Assembly (NCBI RefSeq): GCF_031769215.1
Contig: NW_026782247.1
Coordinates: 2,666,001 to 2,730,000 of the forward strand
Length of the DNA: 64,000 nucleotides
Reading direction: 5' to 3'
Origin: Ylistrum balloti
Lineage: Eukaryota
Shown one piece after another: positions 1 to 10,940 of this stretch. Under the pieces are notes generated by a model, which was given only the letters and a program-made list of their open reading frames with translations, made no database searches and was not told where the DNA came from. The position numbers were made by a program, and so were the translations under genes. Within the stretch, counting starts at the first letter, position 1, and the number at the start of each line of letters is the position of its first letter.

Positions 1-1742
1 TTTGTTTCTTATGTCTTGCAGTGTTCTATATCTATTCTATATGTTGAGGTCAGCATCCAAAGTTTGGCCATGATTTAAATATCTAAGATATTGAAAGATT
101 GTAAGCTAGACAAATAAACATTAAAAGACAAAGTATGAAATAGATATAAAACAAGTGTGACCCCATATTCTATACAGGGAAACATCTACCCTGGGTTTGA
201 TCGCTCTCGCAAAACACGGTTAATTTAAATACGTTGTGAATTCGTCCTAAACTGAGGGAACATGTTAATTCTTATAACACAACCAGTAGAAGATTAGAGT
301 GTAACGTTTCGATGACTACACGGTCACCTTATAGTTCTTGTGACACAACCAGTAGAAAATTAGAGTGTGACGTTTCGATGACTACACGGTAACCATCATC
401 TTATAACACAACCAGTAGAAAATTAGAGTGTGACGTTTTTGATGACTACACAGTCACCTTCATCTTATAACACAACCAGTAGAAAATTAGAGTGTGACGT
501 TCCGATGACTACACGGTCACCTTCCTCAGACAAATGACCTGAGTGAAGCGTATTAGCACTGACGTACCTAGTGTACGAGATGGTAAGGAATCGACCAACT
601 TTTCCGGCTGTACTATGATTCTACGTACACTAAGGTCGAAAATAGTGTGACGAGATGGTAAACAGATTATTGAAAAAAATATACACAAGAAGGCAACAAT
701 ATACGCTTTGTTTAAAATTATATTCAATAAATATATGTCTGTCACTTGATATTAGTTCAACACATTTTTGAAACTCAAGCTAGACCTCATGAATGTTTTG
801 TATTGGTCAATGAATTATTCAGGAAACATCCTATTATGTAAATATTGTGTTGATATGTAATAGATCTTGAACCCGTCGTGTCATATATCCGTTTCGTCCA
901 ATATATCCCTCTGTTTATAAATCCCTATGTTGGTAACCACTAGATACCAGATGTACTCTGTTGAAACCATAGGACATGCACGTCTATGTGCCGGAAAGAT
1001 AAAGGTTATCTTAACCATTGATGACATCCGTTATACTAGTAGTTTAATGACACATACTGTGTTGACAAAGTGTTATTTGTATCACATTGCTGTCAATATA
1101 TGATAATCAAAGTCATTCGATATTGAAAATTATCTGGCGGACAGAATACTTTTGTTTTTAATTTTCATTCATCCGGTTCTTTGAATAAATAAACCTATTT
1201 GAATATTACTGAAAAATGTATGTGACATGTGACCGTGGAACCCTACCGACCCACCTACCTCCCCCTCTCCCCCAATCCCTCCTACCTCCCCCCTCTCCCT
1301 CCTACTCCCCACCCTCTACCCTATGAAGACTATTCCGGCAATATGGCCTGGTCTTTCCCACTGTATCCTAAGAGGGAAATCCTATGGGATCTCCGTGGCA
1401 GTACGAGTGATCTTTGGATATTATTTCTACACTGAAGATATCATAATTGAAATGTCATCCTCACTCTAACCTTATCTGGGACATTCTTTTTTATGTCTGT
1501 CCTTTCATCCGTGTGTTTTCTATTATAAAAGATAGCATAGGTATATTACAGAACAATGGACGGATATTACAAGCCTTCTAACATATCTTATCTTCCTGGT
1601 ATATCAACAATCGATATTATAAGATAGGATCATTGTTGTCGCCTTTTCACGCCATTGTTGGAATGATCAACATTACATACTATCATAAATATTGAAAAGG
1701 ACGACAAAAGTTCGAATGTTTGTTCACATTGTGTACAAATTG

Positions 1743-2720
1743 TCCTGTTATCTAGTAACATTAATATGTTAGGCTCCTGTTATCTAGTAACATTACTATG
1801 TTACACTGCTGTTATCTAGTAACATTGATATGTTACACTGCTGTTATCTAGTAACATTACTATGTTACACTGCTGTTATCTAGTAACATTGATATGTTAC
1901 ACTGCTGTTATCTAGTAACATTGATATGTTACACTGCTGTTATCTAGTAACATTGATATGTTACACTCCTGTTATCTAGTAACATTACTATGTTACACTG
2001 CTGTTATCTAGTAACATTGATATGTTACACTGCTGTTATCTAGTAACATTACTATGTTACACTGCTGTTATCTAGTAACATTGATATGTTACACTGTTGT
2101 TATCTAGTAACATTGATATGTTACACTCCTGTTATCTAGTAACATTGATATGTTACACTCCTGTTATCTAGTAACATTACTATGTTACACTGCTGTTATC
2201 TAGTAACATTGATATGTTACACTGCTGTTATCTAGTAACATTACTATGTTACACTCCTGTTATCTAGTAACATTGATATGTTACACTCCTGTTATCTAGT
2301 AACATTGATATGTTACACTGCTGTTATCTAGTAACATTAATATGTTACACTCCTGTTATCTAGTAACATTGACTCCTGTTATATAGTAACATTGATATGT
2401 CACACTCCTGTTATCTAGTAACATTGATATGTTACACTCCTGTTATCTAGTAACAGTACTATGTTACACTGCTGTTATCTAGTAACATTGATATGTTACA
2501 TTCCTGTTCTCTAGTAACATTAATATGTTACACTCCTGTTATCTAGTAACATAAATATGTTACACTCCTGTTATCTGGTAACATTAATGTGTTGCATTTC
2601 TGTTTTTTAGTAACATTAGTATGTTACATTCCTGTTATCTAGTAATATTTATATGTTAGGTTCCTGCTATCTAGTAACATTAATGTGTTGCATTTCTGTT
2701 ATCTAGTAACTTTAATTTGT
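1743..2720. repeat. 32-bp minisatellite (about 30 units), CTGCTGTTATCTAGTAACATTGATATGTTACA
   Basis: The period is 32 (ttacactg at 1801 and 1833). Units decay at both ends and contain internal TGTTA/TAACA dyads. Confidence 0.95.
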
Positions 2721-2759
2721 TATAAATGTTGATACTTCTTATATTTTTTTGTGTTCTGC

Positions 2760-2836
2760 TCCGGACAAAACTATGACAGACGGACAAACGGACGGACAAG
2801 TCGACGACTATATGCTATCCCTTTGGAAAACATAAA
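2760..2836 (+). mobile_element. 3' end of a Helentron/HINE (pearl-like) non-autonomous element, probably carrying the 32-bp array
   Basis: A GACAGACGGACAAACGGACGGAC microsatellite is followed by CGACTATATGCTATCCCTTTGGAAAACATAAAA, resembling the tetranucleotide repeat plus terminal stem-loop of bivalve HINE/pearl elements (from recall, not searched). Confidence 0.5.
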
Positions 2837-4439
2837 ATCATATAACGTGAAATAACAACATAACACTTTCCATGTCATGGTTCTAATCACGTCTAGTTTA
2901 ACGACACGCGACATGTTATCGATCTGATACATACATAGGTAACTTCATCTAATGACGTTTTAAAATAATATATGTCAACACACTAGTTAGCCTGCTGTAA
3001 AGTGTAGGAACGACTGAATACAGTCCCAAACAAAACACGGTATGTGTTTATTTCCCAATGGCTCTTTATAATTGTGAAACTGAAAGCTCATCAACAGGAC
3101 ATGATTAATTTATAGAAATCGATAACCATTCCTGCCCGTTTTATATGCAGAGACACGTCACAAAAATTAAACATGGCTTCAAATGAATGTATGGTTGTAA
3201 CATGCCGGTCCTGTACGGCGATCGATTCTGATGTGATATCAATATTATAACACATACACTGCTCGCCCGGTGTCTAATTATGTCTAGGTTAATTAGAATT
3301 GGTTTTTAAACAACATTCACATATATGTGAAATACCGAGGGTTAATTCACAAAAACGATTGAATTTCTAGGTGAAAATTTCAACTTCAGTTTTGGTGACT
3401 TTTGTCATACCAAAATGTACAGAAGACTCGATGGTAAACAGATTAAACAAAGCGTGGCCGAATTGACCACATTACATTTTTACCATCTGATGATTTTTTT
3501 TCTGAGGGGTGGGGGTGGGGTGTCGTGGGTGAGGGGATGGGGGTCTATATTCTGTTTACCATCTCGTCACACTATTTTCGACCTTAGTGTACATAGGATT
3601 ATAGTGCAACCGAAAAAGTTGGTCGATTCCTTACCATCTCGTGCACTACATACGTCAGTGCTAGTACGCTCCACCCTGGTCATTTGTTTGAAGAAGGTGA
3701 CCGTGTAGTCATCGAAACGGCACACTCTAATTTTCTACTGGTTTTGTTTAAAGATGAAGGTGACCGTGTAGTCATGGTCACACTGAAATCTTCTACAGGT
3801 TGTGTTATAAGATGAAGGTGACTGTGTAGTCATCGCAACGTCACACTAATCTTCTACTGGTTTTGTTATAAGATGAAGGTGACCGTGTTGTCATCGAAAC
3901 GTCACACTAATCTTCTACTGGTTTTGTTATAAGAACTTTTGTTCTACAACCAAAACACGTCCCGATGTAATAATACCTTCGCTAGGTTATTAAGCCTGGT
4001 TTTTGTTTATTTAATTCGTGGTTTGATTGCCTTTTGGCATGGTAAAGCAGTAAACTATTGATCGTAACCAACACAGACAATACACCATCCATGTTACCCG
4101 TACTTAACTCTGAGGGTCGGTTTTATTTATAATTCTAAACGTAAACGACCTCAATATTTTAAAAAGATGATTACAACTATACTGATCAGGTCCAGACTGA
4201 TGTTTGTTCTCTGATTTATATATTTAGATTTTATATGTTATCGACCAGTTATACATTATCTTAATATCGATTATCCCGGAGTAATATTGACAAAACTGTA
4301 GAATGTAATAGGTATTTTGTTTATATACAAACTGATCAACATCCTACCAGCCATATCAATGTTAAGCTGAAGCACATGGAATTTTGTCTTCATGTCACAT
4401 TAACCAAGCTGACGTATCCATGATTAGAGTTAACAATGT

Positions 4440-5320
4440 TGTACAAACAAACTACACTGACATATCCCTGATTTAGAGTTTTCATTGTAATACACACAAA
4501 CTACACTGACATATCCCTGATTTTGACTTATCATTGTTATACAGACAAACTTAACTCACATATCCCTGGTTTTGACTTATCACGGAATACAGACAAACTA
4601 CACTGACATATCCCTGGTTTTGACTTATCATTGTAATACAGACAAACCTAACTGACATATCCCTGGTTTTGACTTATCATTGTAATACAAACAAACCTAA
4701 CTGACATATCCCTGGTTTTGACTTATCATTGTAATACAGACAAACCTAACTGACATATCCATGGTTTTGACTTATTGTAATACAGACAAACCTAACTGAC
4801 ATATCCCTGGTTTTGACTTATCATTGTAATACAAACAAACCTAACTGACATATCCCTGGTTTTGACTTATCACGGAATACAGACAAACCTAACTGACATA
4901 TCCCTGGTTTTGACTTATCATTGTAATACAGACAAACCTAACTGACATATCCCTGGTTTTGACTTATCATTGTAATACAGACAAACCTAACTGACATATC
5001 CCTGGTTTTGACTTATCATTGTAATACAAACAAACCTAACTGACATATCCCTGGTTTTGACTTATCATTGTAATACAGACAAACCTAACTGACATATCCC
5101 TGGTTTTGACTTACCATTGTAATACAGACAAACCTAACTGACATATCCCTGGTTTTGACTTACCATTGTAATACAAACAAACCTAACTGACATATCCCTG
5201 GTTTTGACTTATCATTGTAATACAGACAAACCTAACTGACATATCCCTGGTTTTGACTTATCATTGTAATACAGACAAACCTAACTGACATATCCCTGGT
5301 TTTGAGCTATCAATATTATA
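4440..5320. repeat. 49-bp minisatellite (about 17 units), ACAGACAAACCTAACTGACATATCCCTGGTTTTGACTTATCATTGTAAT
   Basis: Direct periodicity of 49 (4641 and 4690), with a homogeneous core and diverged edges. Confidence 0.95.
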
Positions 5321-5886
5321 CACACAAACTGTTGATACTTATACATGCACGGTTGAATTAATGCAATAAGCCTTCCAGTAAAAATTGACCAAAGGTATGG
5401 TCGATCAGTAAGCTGGTGCAAACCATTTCGGTGAAATATTTACCATAAATATGATATATATATCACGAATCATAGGTGTTATTGAAAACATTTTAACCGA
5501 TTTCTTATAAACCGATTCCTTTTCAAAAGAAATGATGATTTTCTGATTTCTCTTTAACTTTTGTAATTTTGTTTTTGAACAGTACAATGTTCTAATTTTG
5601 CAAACTGTTTTTATTATGACAATTAAAATGCAATTCGTCTTTATTTTGATGTACAGTTTCAACAATGAGTTATCTTTTGCCATTATTTCTGTGTGCTGTA
5701 TCTGTACTGTATAACTATTTCCATTTTATTACCTGTATCAAACTTACGACAATAATGTACATCAGATATGTGATTACCGTCAGAAAGACAATAAGGTGTA
5801 CAACAGCTGCTTAAGTTACGATTTGTTTTACAGGGAGGTTTGGACGTAACCGTTTACGGTAATTGTCAGGGAAGCAGTTAGGCAGG

Positions 5887-7328
5887 ATGGAAGGCACAAC
5901 CAGTTATATCCTTGTCTGTGGAATTTGCTTCGGACTGGCTATCATAGCCTCTGCTGGTGGGTTATATTGCATTCGCATTTACGTGTCAGTTTATTTTTAA
6001 TATACGATTTAAAAATTATGTGATATTTCATCATTCCAACTGACATAAATGAAATTCCAAATGACATAAATGAAGAAAGACAAAATAGGAATGATTCTTT
6101 CTACCTTTTCTATCGCAAAGTCAAATACTGTACTTCACTGCTAATAGTATCTACCAGTTACTATATAAAAAGGATTTCTTAGCTGAAGAAGTAATTGAAG
6201 AGACCTGACGTTAAAGCATCGTACCTTTTTATCAGATAGTGTCCTTTAACTTTCAAACGCGGTATGTTGTACGTTAGAATTTAACTGCAGACCGAGATGT
6301 CTCATAATACAGTAATACCTTCCTGTCACTGCTATAACAGAGAATTATTTGACTGCACTACATGACTTTTGAGGCTATTGTTTTGCTAATCGCATGTAAT
6401 AAGTTCAATAAGGGCAATTTGAGTAATCCTATTCCCGATTTGCTGGTATGATTGAAACGAGTGCAGTACACTTTCCCTATATCGAACAATCTAGTCTCTA
6501 TAGCAATGACGTCTATACATTACATGTATATTATTGGATTTCAATAACGACTTGACTGGAGTTATATTGGTGCAGATTCATCAGAACAACTTATGTGGTG
6601 TAATATATCATTGGTTTACAGAGAATGGTCCTGAAAGCGGCTTTATCGGAAGGAGGCTTTTAAACAGCACAGCACCGGAACCGGATAAAAGTATCTGGCA
6701 AAAAATCGAGGAATTCTACGATGACAAGAATAACTTTGCTATGTACCTGGTTCTACCTCTTCTGGTCTTTGTGTATGGTGGGTGCAGTCTCATCTATTGC
6801 ATTGCTAAATGTCGACGACACCTGAAAAAGAAGAAGCACAAGGAAATGTCGAAATTAGACCGCCAGGATATCGACGATGATGATGATGAACCGGTCACCG
6901 AACGTACCGATAGTGTAGAACCGCGTCAAGAGAGAAAGGGTGCTAAGCAGACCTCTGCCTCTGACGTCAGAGTGGCAATGGATCGGGAAAACACCACCAC
7001 ATCCCTGCCGTGGCAGGTCCCAGACGAACAGGAGAATTTATATCAACGCAAGCCTGCACCTCCTCCCCCTCGTAAAGCTGAGCCACGGAATGCCTTGAAC
7101 AACCATCCGAGCCCTCCTCCACCCTACGATGCCTTTTCACCCAAGCCTGCCATGAACCGGGCAATGATGAACACCGTCTCTAACCCTGGAAATGACCACC
7201 GGACCAGGAATGCAATGGAATCTTATGCTATGGCGAAGCAGGCGGCAGAGTTGCTGAGACAAGAGGACCACTATCGGCCTGGCGGTGGCTACAAGAAGGC
7301 AAAGAGGCTCGTTTTCGTAGCTGATTGA
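5887..7328 (+). CDS. Uncharacterised single-pass type I membrane protein; join(5887..5956,6622..7328), 258 aa
   Basis: Exon 1 encodes the hydrophobic signal peptide MEGTTSYILVCGICFGLAIIASA, ending A-S-A, with a phase-1 GT donor at 5957. The acceptor TTTACAG ends at 6621 and its phase matches. The ORF then has a TM helix (FAMYLVLPLLVFVYGGCSLIYCIA), a basic stop-transfer stretch RRHLKKKKHK and a Pro-rich tail. Confidence 0.75.
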
Positions 7329-10300
7329 AGAGGAATGTGATTTCACAAGAGGTGTACCGAATTACTGACAATGAGGTATATGTTAGGTATTCAGTATAAA
7401 AGATAACCTGATTAGTATTTTTGGCAAAAACGATATTTTTTTTTATGGAAATCGAAGGTGATCGTGACAGATTGAGAATAGTAATTCATTACAATTCAAA
7501 GGGTTCATGTAACGTGTGAACATTTCATATTTTTTTAAAGTCGATCATAAAAGCAGCAACCTAGAAATCGATCATGTTTAATATGTTTAAATTTTAAGAA
7601 AGGTTTGTCAATATAAAACCCTCTTGTATCAAATATTGTGCAGGTTTATGTTCATATTGGTTTGAAGTTTTGTTTTGTTTTTATAAATAACGCTGATTAT
7701 CTATGAATCTTGTTTCAGTACCATTTGGAAATTTTGGCTAAGGTCATCACAACAGGAAAAAAATTGAGACTTGTGATTGATTTAATCGAAATGTGACCTA
7801 TTTATTATCATCCTGAAGAATTGAATGCTTGGATAAACATAACTTTAACTATAGTTTTTTTCTTATTTTTTAAGTCAATGTAGAAGATCTCAAAACCAAA
7901 CAAGTGATTTATTTATAAAGTTTGGTAGTAATTATCATTTCATTTTAAGATGGAGAGTGGAATAACAAAAGAGAAGAAATTTTCTAGGGACGGGAAGAGA
8001 CTGTAGAAAAGACGATCGGGAAGGGGAGGACTTTTGTATGGTTTAAACATAAGATATAAGAAAATGACACATATTTTCAGAAACAATGTCGGATACGGAA
8101 ATAAAAACGCACATAATGATATCATTGTCAGATTGACGGCAATTCTCCAAATCCAGATTTAGCGAAATTATATCATTAATTGTCCCGGGTAATGCGTTTT
8201 CCCTGCCGTCGACTGTGGTAGACATGAGTAAATTGGTAAAGCCTTATATGTATATAGGAAAGTCCTATATGTATATTAGTTACTGATACAGACTGTACGT
8301 TAAAGTTTATATAATGAGTTAAATATGTTGTTGCTTTTTTGAATATCAGGTTTTTCTTTAATATTTTTTGTCTGACCTGTATATAAAATATAAATCTTTT
8401 CATTTAAAATCACATTATTTTAACAAAGTTATACGTCAACGCAACGTGTTTCTGTGATAGATTATAAGCTGATTACATGTATACAACTTTACAGGAATTC
8501 ATACATGTATCCAAATTATCCTGATCAGTTTTGCAATAGATATTTCAAATGAAAAGAATCTGATTATATTAAACTACGGAAAGAGACAAATGAGACAAAC
8601 CGATTTTTTAAAACTTGGATTAAAAAATTCTGTTCTGCGTAATCAGCTTAAAGGTATATATTATTACGTGATAGACCAGGTCTCAGCTATTTTAAATACC
8701 ATTTACTGCCTTTGACACTTAAATATATTTTTGTAATCAACAATATTGTAATTTGTCAACGTAATTCTAATGTAGATGCACTTGTTAAAATGTAGAATTT
8801 TTTTCATATTTTGAATATTTAATACATGTTTTCATCTCAAAACAGCAAATTGTACATTATAAAAAGGGGTTGATCAACTTTCTGGCCTTCAGTTATATCG
8901 AATCGTTTCTGGTAGCTGATTATAAAATTCAGTCTGTGTATTTTTTTTAGATTGAAAGATAAGATTGTGGAGATTTACTTTTTTCAAGTCGACAGAACGT
9001 AAACAAAGGAACAATTAAGTTAGTTGGAAGGTAAAATAGAATTGAAAATACGTGATTTTTGTTATGTTTCAAAATGGCCTGCTTGATAAATATCATATCG
9101 AAATGTGGCATGTTTTCTTTAATGTAGATAAGACCCGACTTTTGCTAGGTGAAATAACAAAAATACTTTTGCGTACAAATTGAAGCATTTGCTTAATTGC
9201 ATGGGATCTTTATATATACTTATCGGCTTCTTCTGATGTGTGGTGTTGTTTATTGTGTATAATATTTTTGTACTTTGAAATACACTGCGTATGCTCAATC
9301 TGTTTTAAACTCTTTGACCATGGGACACAGTTTGTGCCATTATCTATTTTACAATAAGTAGCTGTATGTGTTGCTTGCTATTAAAAAGCGCATTGTGATA
9401 TCGTAGTTGATTGACATTAGATAGAGTTAAAGCTGAACTATAAGTCTCCGATTTACTATTTAATAAACCCGAAAAGTATCTCATTCTTTAATGTTAGATT
9501 TAATTTTGTATTATTTGTTATTTCTTAATTAATTGTAGCAATTAGATATTATTGATACTTAAAGTAGTAAATAAATGCAATATTATCTCCGTCCAATTTC
9601 TTCACCGACCACGAATTATTGAAATTGTTTTTTCTATTCCTTTGTAAATCATTAACATATAACATTCCTGGTTAATAACAACGATTAAAGACGTTATCAC
9701 AATTCGATAAGTTTACTTCATTAAATTTAACTGTAAGTGTGACTAGGGTTAAACATTGGTAGCTTTCGATTATTACTCACTGAAATATACATCTATACCA
9801 CCCATTATTTAACGACGAATACGCTTTGTAAGTATTACCCAGTACTGGTGAAACAGAATAGTAAATTATTGGTATGATCTACAAGAGACATTGTCTTAAC
9901 ATTTAATTAGAACTGATTTGAAGTTAAAGATAGAAATAAGCAACTCTGGAAAAAGTGCAGTGACTTTCATTTTTTTTACAGAGAACAAGCAATACTTAAG
10001 AAACAGTCATAATTGTTTCATTTCAACGTTGTTCTTAAAACAAAATGTCCATGTACAATGTCACAATTCTAATATTGGAAGACGATATTTTTGTATATAA
10101 ACAAACTAAGATATATCTGCTGAATCTGTTATTGTTAGATGTACTTTTTACAAATAAAGTTTCTGTTTACCTGTTGTGTTCATGGTTTTAACTGATATCC
10201 TAAAGTATTGGTGTCCAATATTTTTATTTTCAACATTATTTTCTATTATTTGTTGTTTTGATTTTTTTCAGGTTTAGAATAACTGATGATTCCTGTTTAG

Positions 10301-10498
10301 TTTACGTAATGTTGACTATTACCATTTAAAACACTTTGTATAAATATCATATTTCAATACAAGAACCACGAAGAAAATACCAATATGTCTATATATATAA
10401 TCATAATTCAAACTAAAATTCCATAAAACATAAAATTAGGGCAAAATATGAACAAAAGAAAGATTTGCTCGGAGACACCTGAAAAAGTACAAGAGAAA

Positions 10499-10591
10499 AA
10501 GGCAGGGTGTTCCGGAACAGTGAACGTATTCTTCTTCATCGCCGACACCCGCCATGAAATCTTTATCAATCCAAGTAAATAATGTCAAGTT
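10499..10591 (-). mobile_element. Interspersed repeat family B, copy 1 (SINE-like or LINE 3'UTR-like)
   Basis: Its reverse complement matches 25718-25810 and 60070-60146 (TTTACTTGGAT...GATGAAG...CTTACTCTTC.GGAACACCTGGTCTTAT). Confidence 0.55.
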
Positions 10592-10940
10592 CTCAAATGA
10601 GAACAAGGTATACAACAACGAAAACAGACAGTTTAGTTTAAGTAAATAATAAGTGGAAAAGTAAACACATAGCTGTAACGTGTTTTTAGGTTTCATCCGT
10701 GATGATAAAATCCCAAAGTGTCATAAATCTAAAGTCAATGTTATCATTTTAGTAGTGAATGACGTTGAACCGGTGTAAATAATTGATTGACGTTGACAGC
10801 GTGAAACATTATTGACTGAAATACTGCCTGTAATGAAACATGGTCATGTTCTGTCCCAGATGTACAGAATGTAACACCAAACAATTATTCTTGTATCAAT
10901 GACATCGTCTGTTTTATAAGTATTTTTTTCAAAGTCTCCG

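Larger units (their letters stand above)
269..3935. mobile_element. Foldback-like element with about 400-bp inverted terminal arms (269-~670 and ~3550-3935) built from 60-66-bp tandem units
   Basis: The left arm unit CTTATAACACAACCAGTAGAAAATTAGAGTGTGACGTTTCGATGACTACACGGTCACCTTCAT and about 140 bp of unique sequence recur as the reverse complement at 3550-3935. ORFs 509..745(-) and 3415..3708(+) encode near-identical peptides, confirming the inversion. No transposase or TSD seen. Confidence 0.6.
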
